DNA of 64,000 nucleotides from Azolla caroliniana (lineage: Eukaryota; Plantae; Polypodiophyta), in contig JBHGNT010000013.1 of assembly GCA_043228905.1 (NCBI GenBank), forward strand, positions 10,106,001-10,170,000, written 5' to 3'. Positions 25,192 to 37,582 of this stretch are shown here, in pieces; positions within the stretch are counted from its first letter, which is position 1, and each line of letters starts with the position of its first letter. The notes beneath the pieces are model-generated. The model ran no database searches. It was not told the origin of the DNA and was given only the letters and a program-made list of their open reading frames with translations. Made by a program: the position numbers and the translations under genes.

Positions 25192-26604
25192 TTATTGTGC
25201 AACGCCAAGTACAATATCTATACGATGGTCTATATTACGTTTAGGAGGTAACCCATCTGGTAGTTCACTCGGAAAAACATCACGAAAATCATTTAAGATT
25301 TCATCAAGTTGTTGTTGTTCAAAATATGTTAATTGAACCGAGACATTATCGATATTGTAAACGTAAATGTCTGTATCAAGTACACAATAAAATAGAGTAG
25401 AACAAGACAACGCGGATATTGATGGAGAGGAAACCATCGAGAGGGATTGTTTTTTTACACATTGAATAAAATGAGTACAATCCTTCAGTACAAAAGTTAT
25501 TGAATGATGAACCCAGTCAATAGATAAAGAAGAGCTTTTATTATAGAACCAAGGATAACCCAGTATTACATCGGTGGTACAAAGATTCATTACATGGAAG
25601 TCTACTTCCTCTATATAAGTATCAATAGAAATTCCTAATGAATGAATCACCCCGTTGATGTATTGTACTCTTCCATCCGCCAAGTGCACCGTATAGGCGT
25701 GATCACTTACAGTGGTTTGGATTCCCCATATTTTAACCAAATGATCATTCACAAAGTTGTGTGAGCTTCCCGAATCAAACAAAAATTGTACGGGAGATCC
25801 ATTGATATACCCGTTTGCACGTAGTAAATCATTGGGACCCAATACATAGTGAGGGAAAGAACATTGACAATTACTTAAATGATGTGTATAGACCTGAAGG
25901 ACATTAGGAATCTGACCTTTATGGTCTGCAGCTTTAGCTTTGTTGTCGTGCTCTTTCCGTTGGAGCTTTCGACATTGCTCTTTTGTATGACCCTTCTTTT
26001 TGTAGAATACGCAAAAAGGATGTTGTTGCTTACAATTGCGATCCATGAATTTGTTGGGGGTCTTGCGTTTCCCAGTGAATTGCGACTGCTTAGTCCCGGG
26101 CGCTTCGTTGGGTTTGTTATGGTCCTTTTTCGAAGTGCGTTGATAGCGAAGAACTATTTCAACGACCTCTTTGAAGGATTTTGGATCCTTATCGTGCACT
26201 ATCCAGAGATAGTCCGAATTGGGGATGCCATTGACAAAACAAGCTATTAACCAATTGTCCCCTTCTAGAATCGATTTTTGGATTTGGGTTCTAGCATGGT
26301 GGACATAGTCTTCTAGCGAAGAAAATTTCCTGCTAGAGAGGTTCATTAAAGCTTGAGCTGCTTTGGTTTGAGAGGGAGGTTGTAGAAATTGGCCCTTAAA
26401 AACTGTGAGAAAATCTGTCCAGGTATCAGGCAATTTCCCGAAAGTACGGAGCCCACGCCACCAGGTGGCGGCCTTACCCCCTAGTTCTTGGCTGACATAT
26501 GCAATCTTCATACTATTTGGCGTGGTATAGAGCTCAAAATGAGACTCCCATCGGCCCAGCCACGTGTAGATTGCTTCTTTGGTTCTTTCCTTTTTTTCTC
26601 CCAT
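25192..26604 (-). CDS. Element G Gag-protease (470 aa remnant; gag probably starts at 26850 upstream of a stop)
   Basis: KAATWW capsid motif, degenerate Zn knuckle CVFYKKKGHTKEQC, protease FLFDSGSSHNF and VILGYPW. Confidence 0.88.
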   Translation of the reverse strand: MGEKKERTKEAIYTWLGRWESHFELYTTPNSMKIAYVSQELGGKAATWWRGLRTFGKLPDTWTDFLTVFKGQFLQPPSQTKAAQALMNLSSRKFSSLEDYVHHARTQIQKSILEGDNWLIACFVNGIPNSDYLWIVHDKDPKSFKEVVEIVLRYQRTSKKDHNKPNEAPGTKQSQFTGKRKTPNKFMDRNCKQQHPFCVFYKKKGHTKEQCRKLQRKEHDNKAKAADHKGQIPNVLQVYTHHLSNCQCSFPHYVLGPNDLLRANGYINGSPVQFLFDSGSSHNFVNDHLVKIWGIQTTVSDHAYTVHLADGRVQYINGVIHSLGISIDTYIEEVDFHVMNLCTTDVILGYPWFYNKSSSLSIDWVHHSITFVLKDCTHFIQCVKKQSLSMVSSPSISALSCSTLFYCVLDTDIYVYNIDNVSVQLTYFEQQQLDEILNDFRDVFPSELPDGLPPKRNIDHRIDIVLGVAQ

Positions 26605-28044
26605 AAATGGCTTAACGACAAACGATGGTTCACCCTATTGCTCATCAGGTCTATTAGTCTCACGTTGTAAACTAATGATATGTGCCTCAAGAGCACTTTG
26701 AGATTTCCGAAGTTCGGTCATCTGTTGAGCGGTGAAACTAAGGTATTGGGTTATTTGCGAAAAATACATCTCAATGGACATTTGTCCAAGAGGATTTCCT
26801 TGAGTTCCTTCCGCTTGAGCGGATGATATTGGGTCGTTATTTTGAGCCATTAAATGATTATTTTTGGCAAAGAAATAGGATAAGGTCAGACAAATAATCA
26901 TAACATCATGTTGTGATGTAAACATATCATGGACAAACATTAATCGATATCATGATCTCACGTCAATACCCCTCTAGACGTATGAGATGAGGTTCAAGAT
27001 CAGGTTACTATGGTAACACAAAGGTGTTTTAAAAACCATGGGGGTGACAAATTAATGTCTTTCCCTGATCTCTATATCGATTTTTTCATGGCGGCTCCCC
27101 GAGGCTCAACCATATATGTTCGCATCATGAATAGTTTATACACGGAGAAAATGTTAACAATAAACTATGTTTCGGTGCCCACATATGTGGTTTCGGCTCT
27201 TTAAGTCCTATTAAGGGGACCCCGAAGTGCACTTAGACCTCAAGTCTAAACATGTGTTATAATCATATGTATCAACGATGTTGTATGGTCCTAGTCATAT
27301 TTGAACTCGAGACTTCGAGAACAAATGCATTAACCACTTGAGCCAACCAAGTAGGTTGCTCTTTTTGAATGTTTAATGTTTCATGCGTATATGAGATATG
27401 CGAGGCATTTGCCCATATATGTTTTTTTAAAAAGAAACATATATGTCAAGAGTTCTTATTTCCCCCTCGTTTACTACAAAATATGTTGGTACGTTACCTA
27501 ACCTCAGGTGTCGTAATTACGATGACATACGCCAAAGTGCAACCTAATGGTCAAGCCAAATGAGCCCTCTTTTCATAGTAAGCCCACGTGGCCCATCACA
27601 TGGTTATATCATTACGAATGCCTTTCGTAAGAATGATCTCATACTGGCATCGTATCCATGTAATGAGGGAGGGATGTTGGATATGTGTGACATAGGAGCG
27701 ACCTCACATGAAGTGGGTCAAGCCCTACGTTCTCAACATCATTGTGGGTATAGGCATTTCTTTACGTAATAAAGTCGAAGTCACCAATGAGAATGTCAAC
27801 AATAAAAAATTGTTGAAAAAAGGGATGTTAACAATGCCATTCTCACAAAAATGTGAGGATGGCCACCAAGAGCCTTTCCCCGAAAAAGGAAAACAATCGA
27901 TATTAAAATCACGTAATAACTTAGATACACATATGTATAGTATCACATATATACGATCAAATATGTATACACGTGACCACATGCATATATTAAACAAATC
28001 GTTACATCAAATAGCCATAAATGATATAATCGAGATATGTAATC

Positions 28045-28288
28045 GAGGCATATACCTCTATGCAAACGAAACATCCAAAAATAAGGGTTCATCGTAATAC
28101 GCAATTGAGGTATTGACCTCTTATGCATATGAGACCAAACACATATCATTTACAATGAAATTGAGGTATTGACCTCATATGGATACGTAACATATGTATG
28201 TGAGCGTAATACGCAGTTGAGGTATTAACCTCGTGAGCATACGACACTAATCACATATTCAATATATGTCAAATGAGGTATTGACCTC
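28045..28288. repeat. Hairpin array GAGGT-ATTG-ACCTC at 56-bp period in the leader of G
   Basis: Copies at 28107, 28163, 28219, 28275 and a variant at 28045. Confidence 0.85.
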
Positions 28289-29006
28289 ATAAAACATATG
28301 TAAACATTTTATACAACCAATTAATTACCACTATAACATCATTAAATTAATGAAAACAATTACATAAAGACTATACACATGATTAGATGGGAGAAGAAAA
28401 AATAGAAAAAGAAGAAGAAGGAAAGAGTTACCGAAGTTCCTTTATTGATCGTTGTCTGGATCAAGGCCGACCACACATCGATCGATCACCATCAATCAAC
28501 AAAACAAAAGACAACAAAAGAAACATTAGAACATAGGCTCTGAAACCAACTGTTAGAGACATGAACTAATGTAAGCATAAAATAAGGATAAAAGATAGAT
28601 CTAGATAGAAAGGAGAGAGAGAAAGAAGGGTATCGATCCACCCAACCACCCCCGAGCGAAGGGATCGAGACGAACTTGAGCCTCGATCGGCGTCCCATAC
28701 CACCGCCGTGGCGTCGAGTCGTACTTGGTGCTGGCTCGCTTGCTACAAGAGTTGACCCACCACAAGATAGAGTCTCGACGTAGTCAACAAGATGATCAAA
28801 TGAGGGTAGCTAGGCCTCTTATTTATAGCGATACCCAAGGCCCCTAGACAAGTTCACACTTGGCCTAATGGGTTGTCTCAATCCCGAGGATTAAAAGTAA
28901 TCCTCCCCTTCTTTACACTCTCGTTTAACCCTCACAGTTATCCACGTGTATAGAATTACTACGGTAAATTCTCACCACAAGATATTATATGGTCATGCCT
29001 GTAACA

Positions 29007-30111
29007 CCGATGGATTCTCCTGTGCTAATATGGCGGTCCTGATCGCGCCGAACCGTGGTGCAAGGCCGTCGATGCATATTTGCACCGTTTCATCATCGTC
29101 CACATTGACACTTATCGAGCCGAGCGAGTCACAAAGCTCCTTGATCTTCAAGGTGTAGCTCGTGATGGACATATTCCTTTGTTGGATGTTGTTCAACTCT
29201 TGGCGGAGTTGAAGCTTTCTTGTGGTTGTGTTGGTGGTGAAAATCTTTCGTAGATTCTCCCACGCTTCCTTTGGCGTCTCGGCTTCTCGAATGTAGCCGA
29301 GCATGTGGTCGTGAACACTTGCCGCTTGCTCCCATGTTGCGTAGTCGGCGTCTTTCGGGTCGGGTCGGTTTTCTTGTGCTCCTTTGATGTAACCCCAATA
29401 GCTTTGGCTGACAAGGTATTGGTGCATCTTGTACTCCCAAGATGCAAAGTTGTTTCGAACTAGCTTCTCGCTAGAGAGAGCGCTCCCCATTTGAGTATTC
29501 ATTGTCAATGAAGATTTCTTCATTCTTTTCTTTTCCTTCTCTCTTGAATATGGGCTATGTAGTTGCACTACGATAGTGATGGACCGGTTCTTCTCGAATG
29601 TTGGTGTAGAACACAACACACCTGGATGGGCTAGATCGAGCTACCAAACCACTCTGATACCATGTAAAGAATCGTGTATCATTCTTGTGTTGCAAAAGAG
29701 ATGTGTGTTATGTGTATGTGTGAGAGGAATTACAGGAGAGAAGAGAGAACACAAGATATATAGAAAAAGGAATACTCAAGAAGAAGGTGTATATTCACAA
29801 ATAGAATAGAAAAATAAAAAATGTAGCATTACAAGGAGTCACAACCGACATAGTATGAAGTATGAGGAGGGTGCTTTATATATAGTCACCCTCTCTCTTC
29901 ATTAACTAACTACAACGACCACTCTCTGGGGAATGTGAGGACTCATAGTCATGGGGAATATGTAACTCATTAGTTATGTGTCATAGATTATGATTCTGTG
30001 ACACATAGTTAATGTGTAGAGAGTAGTGGTGCGACTCTTGACTTTTGAGTAATCATAGATTCTCAAAAGGTGTGTTCACACGTTGCACTATGTTGAGCTT
30101 GATTCTCAACA
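29007..30111 (-). mobile_element. 5' part of Copia K (related to L): LTR 29663-30111, PBS, gag fragment
   Basis: TGTTGAGAATCAAGCTCAACA...TTTACA, PBS TGGTATCAGAG 29652-29662, gag RKLQLRQELNNIQQ. Confidence 0.88.
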
Positions 30112-30802
30112 ATTTAGCTAATTTTTTGTGGGAAAATCATAAGGATCATTTCCAAAATTATTTTGCTTTATTTCTTAAATACATGTCATTTGTTATGGTG
30201 AATAGGTAATTTATGGGAATACTCAAAATTTTGAACTTTGGTTTTTGATGTAGTGGAACTTGGGGAACATTGCCCTTATCTAAACTCAACTTGAATGTAA
30301 TCAAAGTCTTGCTAATCCTGAGTTTGAGTTCCAAATCCAAATAGATGGAGTACTTTGAGCACGAATGCAGATGAAGCTCCCGCAACACAAAAATTCTGAT
30401 ATCGACATTGCACCTTTAGAGCACCAACACACCACCAGTTCTATCCTCGTCTAGGTATGCATTAGTTACAGATTACATGCATTCAAAAATCTTAGTTTTT
30501 TTCATTTTTGATAACTGCCACGGACGAGTATAATAGAGTAGAACCAAGACGAGACTAAGAACTAGGAGAGAGAAAAAGAACAAGAACTTGACTTATGATT
30601 CTGTAACTGGTGTTGTTCACCTTGATTAGAATCAAGGTGCACCTGAGTATTTATACAAGAAGGTAGTGGTATGTATGCTAGCTAGGAATACATAATGCAT
30701 GAAGATACATGCAAGCTAGGAATAGAGAATACATGTATGCAAGCTAGGAATTTCAATTGTTAAATCTACCAACATGAAGTTGGATTTTATACAAAGATGC
30801 AT

Positions 30803-30875
30803 GGATGGATGTAGCTTAGTTGGTTGGGTTGCCTAATGGAGACCAAAAGGTCTTGGGTTCAATACCTACCTTCCA
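30803..30875 (+). promoter_or_regulatory. tRNA-like A/B-box module in LTR of element I
   Basis: TAGCTTAGTTGG...GGGTTCAATACC. Confidence 0.6.
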
Positions 30876-32640
30876 CCGTGGGGTTGCAAATGTCATAGAC
30901 GTTTATGACATTATCCTCCCCCTAAGTTTGGCTTCTGTGGGTACCGTTGATGAAAAGCTTGAATGGCCTCTGGAGCATTTTGTAAATGTGTAACCGATTC
31001 CCACATGGCATCCAAAATGGAGTAACCTTTCCGTAAGACCAAATATTGTAAATGTCGCCGCAAGCGGGAGTTGAGGATTTGGTCAACCTCGTATTCCTCC
31101 CCTGTCGATAATTCCACGGGTAGCAGTGGAGGAGGTTGTTCTCCCGGAATTTGAGAAGCATGGTATAGTTCAAGGAGAGAGACATAGAAAACATTGTGAA
31201 TCCTAAATGCGGGGAGAAGTGCTAACTGCAATGCGACTCGGTTGATTCGCTCGATGATGCGAAAGGGGCCTAGCTTTTTGTAGTCTAGCTTCGTGCAAGG
31301 ACGAGGGGTGGCGATATGGCAACGTAGCAAACAAACCATGTCACCGATTGCAAAGGTCGGTGCGGCCAAGCGATGAAGGTTAGCGTGATCCTTGTACTAT
31401 TTGCCAGCAATACGGAGCTCAAGGGAGAGGTCAATATGGACATCTTGTAAAGTGGGGGCATGCATCTCTGCCAACGGATTGACAAAAATCACAAGAATGG
31501 AAATGTTGAAACGAGGGTGGAACCCATAGTTTGCAAACAATGGAGAAACCTTAGTTGAGGCATGGATACTATTATTGTAGGCAAATTCCTCGATGGCAAG
31601 GAAGTCCACCCAATCATCTTGTTGGTAGCTTACTGTACACCAGAGGTATTATTTGAGTATTTGGTTGATTATTTCGTTTTGGCCATCAGTTTGAGGGTGG
31701 TACGTTGTTGACAAGTTCACAGAAGTTCCGAATGTTTGCAAAAGTCATCGCTAGAAGTGGGAGATAAATTGAGGATCTCGATCAGAGGAGACATCCTCAA
31801 GTAATCTGTGTAGACGAACGACATTTTTCAGAAAAAGATCCTTCGTCTTCTGCCCCGAAATGGTTTTTGGGCATGGGACAAAGTGACTCATCTTCGAAAA
31901 CCAATCGATGATTACTACCACCGTGTCTTGGCCACCGACATGAGGGAAAGTACATCAGGAGACAGGCCTAGGGTCAATTGGGAAGTGGAACTGGGTGGAG
32001 AAGGCTATATGGACGATGGTGAGCCGCTTTGGAGCGGGGACAAACGTCACATGTCTTGATAAATTCATAAATTTCCAAGGTTGGGGCCACCAAAACCCTC
32101 GAGATAGCAACTCTAGTGTTTTCGTGACCCCAATGTGGCCGACAAGAGGATCATCGTGGAATTTTTGTAGGACTTGAGTGCGACATACTCTAGCTGGTAT
32201 GTAAAGGAGGTGATTACAATAGAGTAGCCCATCTCGAGTTGTAAAGTGACTGAGCTCTGAGCTTCGCATTCCCTGGGATGGGTCATTGATGCACACCAGG
32301 ATGTCGATAGGAAAGGGGTCTGATATGGTGACCTGGCCGATTTTGTTGAGCAAGGAATCATCATCATGTAGGTTGCAAACATCTCGAGTTTATTAGGCCG
32401 CACGATGTTAGGATCGAGACCGGCCACAACTGGTTGTGCTTACGAATATGTGTTTGAGTGCAGTGAAAACGAGCAAGCTAATGCTCAAACAGAAGCAAAC
32501 AGAAATGGAGAAACTTAGAAAGGAGACAGATATTTAACATCGAAAACCCGAAAAGGGAAAAAAATCATGGTGGTTCACAAACCCCAAGAAACAAGATCAC
32601 TATGATAGAGGAGAAGTATAATAAGAAACTCAGAGGCAAC

Positions 32641-33113
32641 TGTTATACGTTTTAGGGTTAGGGTTAAGGACGACGACGATGATGAATGATAACTATGATG
32701 GTGAGAGAGATCATGAAGAACAAGACAAGCATTAAGAAGCATTGCGGGGTGGGGGGTGGTGCCTAGAATGGCTCCACCCCCCTCCCAAGGGGGTTCAACG
32801 TTAAGGGGAGGGAAGAGAGAGAGAGAGAGATAGATAGAGAGAAATGATTCATTTTTCATTCATTCCCCATAAGAGGGTTAAATAGTACAAGAGGGGGTAG
32901 ATACAAAGGGGTGTAAGCCCCCTAGAGCATTCATACTGGACACTCACTCACACCTCCTCGTATCCATCCACATGCACACACGTGTGCATGTGTTCACATA
33001 TGTATTGACTTACAATTACATTTATGCCCCCTACACACACACAACAATCATCATGATAACATTTGACCCTCGCTCATCACATTGACTCTCCGTACATCTC
33101 GTACGGGGTAACA
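32641..33113 (+). mobile_element. Solo LTR (family N) inserted in the left LTR of H
   Basis: TGTTA...TAACA termini, TSD GCAAC/ACAAC, absent from the other H LTR, homologous to 62373-62940. Confidence 0.88.
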
Positions 33114-33169
33114 ACAACAACCTCGAGATCTTCTTCGTTCGTCTAACGGTTACAAAGTTACACTCACAT

Positions 33170-33201
<32 letters not shown>

Positions 33202-36200
33202 ACTCACAGTTACAGACGCAACTACCTTATGTATCACTATCCAACTAATAATAATCAACTACCTTAAAGTTTGCCCTAGTTGTTTATATACTAAAGCAAC
33301 TTTCTAGCTATTTACAAGTATAGCCCCGAAGGGCACATTACGACTATTTACAAATATAGTCTTCCGAATCGGCTTATGAAATCGATTTCCGATTTCAATT
33401 CTCGATCTCGGCCTTAGCCTATTAGCTCGACTAAAATTCTCGTTCTCTTCTTCCCATCTGGAGGGACCTGTTTTCCCAGCAAACTCCCCCTTCACTCCGG
33501 CGTGGGGTACTTCACCAATCCTATCCTTTATCAGCACTCGTTTAGCGTTTCAACCAACAACACCTTCATTAGCATGTAGCATGTCCGACCCGTTCTCTGT
33601 TGTATGTACCTTTACTAGAGCAAACTCCTTCTCTTCTACTCGCTCTCAGAGCCAATGATATCTCCTCTGGATGTGCTTGGTCCTTGAGTGGTAGGCGGCA
33701 TTTTTCGCAAGGTGGATGACACTCTAGTTATTGCAATGGAGTCGGAATTCCTCTTGTCAAATTCCCAACTCTCCCATAAATTCCTTCATCCAAGTTATTT
33801 CCTTACCGGCTTCCATTGCGGCCATGTACTCGGCTTCCGTGGTTGATAGTGCCACGACCTTCTCTAGCCTCGACTGCCGCAAAACAACTCCCCCTACATA
33901 AGCCATCACGTACCCGGATGTGGATCAACTGGTATCCACATCAACCGACATGTACGAATCCGTGTAACCTTCCAATGTGGGGTTACTCGAGACGAATCAC
34001 AGACACACGCTTTGGGTGCCTCTAAGGTATCGTAGTATCCACTTCATCGCTGCCCAATGCTCTTCTCCGGGGTTGCTCATATATCAGCTGACCACTCCGA
34101 TTGCATACGCGATGTCCGGCCTGGTGCAAACCATTGCATACATAAGGCTTCCTACTGTCGAGGCATAAGGAACATTTGACATCTCGGCCTTCTCGGCTTT
34201 CAATTTCGGGCACTGATTTCCGGATAGCTTATAGTTCGTCAGCAACGTTGGGCCAACCGATTTTGAGCTTTCCATGCCGAATCTCTGGAGCACCTTCGTC
34301 ACGTACTTCTCCTGAGACGGCCATACCAATTTCTTTGTTCGGTCCCGAACAATGTGCATTCCTAGGATTTGTCTTACGGGACCCATATCTTTCTTCGAGA
34401 ACGACCTACTCAAGGCCTTCTTCAAGCTTCCCATTTTCCTCGGGTCTTGTCCGACAATCAACATGTCATCCACATACAATAGGAGAATGAGAAAATCTCC
34501 TCCATCATATTTCTTGACAAAAACACAATGATCCGCTTGTGTGTTGCCGAAACCATGCTCCACCATGAAAGATTCGAATTTTCGGTACCATTGTCGAGCT
34601 GCTTGCTTCAACCTATATAAGCTCTTCCTCAATCGGCATACGAGGTCCTCTTTACCTTTCTCCACGAATCCTTTCGGTTGGTGCATGAAGGAAGGCAATC
34701 TTGACGTCCAATTGCTCGACGTCGAGATCCATGCTGGCCGTGATGGTCAACACTATTCAAATTGACGTAAGCTTCATCACCGGGGGAAATATTTCGTTGA
34801 AATCCACACCTTTCTTTTGTTGGAAGCCCTATACGACAATTCGGGCTTTATATCTCCGTGGATTTCCACCATCTCCCAACTTCAGCTTGTATACCCACTT
34901 ATTCCGAAGTGTCGTCTTTCCGCTTGGCAGTTCGGTCAATTCATATGTGTGGTTCTCATGCAAGGAGTCCATCTCCTCTTGCATGGCAATTAACCACTTT
35001 TGGTTGTGGGTATCGTTCTTAGATTCTTCAAAGCTTTATGGCTCCCCCTCATCGGTTAGTAGTACACGCTCTTCATTTGGAAATCTTCAGGGGGGCCTCC
35101 TCTCTCTCAGGGGATATCTTCGGCCTCCATTCGGCATGGTCGATTCTTCTTCGACTTCTTCGTCCGAGTCAAATTCGGTTCCTCGTTCGGTCGGCCCCCC
35201 TTGTTCTTTAGTAGGTTCTCGATTTTGCAGAGTATTAAATCGGCTGACTCCCTTGTATTCGATTTCGATCGAATCGACTTCTACTCGATTCGGCCGAGCA
35301 GACTCGGCTCGCTTCGGTAGTTGGAGAATTATTCTCAATCTCCCAATCAACAATCTTCTTATCTTCCAAGAAGATGATGTCTTGGCTCCTAATCACCTTC
35401 TTCTCGACTAAGTCCCATAGTCGATAGCCGAATTCGTCGTCGCCGTGGTTGAGAAATATACATGCCCGAGATTTCGGGTCCAATTTTCCCCTTTGGTCCT
35501 TCACAACATGCACATAAGCAAGATAACCGAACACCCTTAGTTGTCGGTACGAGACGTCTTTGCCGCGCCACACCCTCTGTGGAATATCGCCATCCAAGGG
35601 TACTGAGGGTGATCGGTTGATCACATATGTTGTTGTCATCAACGCCTTAGCCTAGAACGTCTTCGGTAACTTTGCATGTGCAAGAATACTCCAGGCCCTC
35701 TCCATTACGGTCTGGTTCATTCTCTCAGCTAGCCCAATAAGCTCTGGCATCTTCGGCACGGTATACTCAAGCCAGATTCCATGCGCTCAGCAATATTCTT
35801 CGAACGGTCTGCGGTACTCTCTGCCATTGTCCGCTCGGATTGCCTTCAATTTTCGGTTGGTTTCCCTCTCGTCCCTTGCTTGGAACTGTTACCGGCCGGC
35901 AAGAAGGCTTAAGGAGATCCAAACCAGAGTGTGAAAGGAATAGTTTATTCGGGAACTGTTGTAATTAGTAGTCTTAAAATATATAGTAATATATGAGAAG
36001 ATGTGGACGGACGGACGGGAATTGGTATGCCGATCCGGATCTGGACCGATCCCGAAAAGGTGCCGGTTGGCACCGTTTTGTATTTCGCACCAGAGACCTA
36101 TATAAAGGCCCGATTACAATGTAATAGAGAGCGGATAATTAATAGAACTTATTGCCTTAATCTTTCAGTGTTGATTACCGTTTTGTGCTTATTGTATATC

Positions 36201-36401
36201 TTACGCGTGTTAATGATGTATTCTTAAGTAATTGATTAAGGTCTAATTAAGCGTTGTGCCGTAAGTCATTCTGCCGTACCACCCTCTGGTGAAGTGTCTT
36301 AAGTGGACACCCTGTGTTAGGCTGTTGTCCGGCCCTTGGAGTAACACAGTTTTTGGCGACCACGATTCCTACACAATCACAGTGAACAACGGCGGGAATG
36401 G

Positions 36402-37433
36402 ATGGCTAGGCCAACAGACGACCCGGTTACGGAGAGAGCACGAAAACTTGCTGAACGGAGAAGGTGGCGAGAGGCTTTCCAGCAACCAGCGGAAGAAATC
36501 CGAACGGATCGATCATTTTCCAAAGTGATCCGGAAAGTGGCGGAGGAGTCGCTCCGTCTGCAACAAAATGCTTACCCGGACGAAGGAAGCAGCTTAAGCA
36601 GTCTCCGGGAAGCAGAATCCCTTCTCCAGGCCTTGGCCAGAAGAGACGACGAATCCGAAGCATTTTCAGCGCTGGAATCGGATTCGGAAGGGGGTTACAG
36701 CAGCACGCACACGAACTATCACAGGAGTAACGACACCCCAGGAGGACCGGAGGACGAGGAGTCGAATAAAGTACCGACACCGAAACTAGAGTTGGCAGAT
36801 AGAGAACTCCCGGCACTAGATGTGGAGCAACCTCCGGAGGCGGAAGAAGACAAAGAAAGACCTCTGACACCGGAAGTCGCGTCGGCAACACCAAGGGAAG
36901 ACCGGCAAAGACCTCTGACGCCAACGGAACAGCAGGAAAGACCACCGACACCGCCAGCCCACGTACCGACACCGGACGACGACATGTCGTTCCAGTACTC
37001 CAAGTATCGGGATGACCCGGACGCGGAGGCTCATGTTCACGCGTTTCAACAAACATGGGAGGCGAACCATGTGTCACAACGGTTAACCGCGGCCAAAGAG
37101 GAACGATCTAAGATAGCCGAATTCGGTGTGACATTGGAAGGACCGACCGCCAGATGGCACCGGACGCAGGACCCCACCACCATCACCACCATTGCGGACC
37201 TGAAAGACAAATTCTTGCACTTCTTCCAGAAGGAGGTGAACCAGCGAGAAATGGTGGGCTTATTTTATACCATCCGGCAGGACCCCGGGGAGAGCATCCC
37301 GCAGTTTGTCATCCGGTTTCAACGGATGCACAGTCAGCTTACCCGCGCACCTTCGGAGGAAGAAACACGGGCTATATTTTTAGCCGCGCTCCGGGAACCT
37401 CTACGAACGGTATGCACGGTCATCGACTTTAAA
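36402..37433 (+). pseudogene. Element F gag, N-terminal part; resumes at about 47272
   Basis: TLEGPTARWH...IRQDPGESIPQFVIRF capsid motifs; continues KATVDQVID...CCHC knuckles after the insertion. Confidence 0.85.
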
Positions 37434-37582
37434 ATTCTCCTCGATTGTGAGAAATATGTCGGAAGTGGAGGCATCCCATCGTCGTATGAGATGAAGGCTG
37501 GGTTTAGTCTGTGGTGATCGAAATATATGATCGAATCACGCATCGCAATACACTGGGCTTTCTGATTCCTTGAGAGGCTTAG
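37434..37582 (-). pseudogene. rpoC1: Plastid rpoC1 exon 1 end (37542-37582) and start of its group II intron
   Basis: KPLKESESPVYCD (canonical KPLKELEGLVYCD) followed by GCGTGATTCGATC. Confidence 0.85.

Larger units (their letters stand above)
22679..29006 (-). mobile_element. Chromovirus G (tRNA-Met primed), two LTRs, internal deletion in RNase H/integrase
   Basis: LTRs 22679-23124 and 28551-29006, TSD ACGAT/CCGAT, PBS TGGTTTCAGAGC 28537-28548, PPT 23125-23136; Gag-PR-RT(FLDD)-RH-INT-chromodomain. Confidence 0.93.

Noticed and set aside
28107-28288. CRISPR-like array (palindromic repeat with equal-length spacers)
   Set aside because: Repeat is only 14-16 bp, alternate spacers are related, there are no cas genes, and it sits in a eukaryotic retroelement leader
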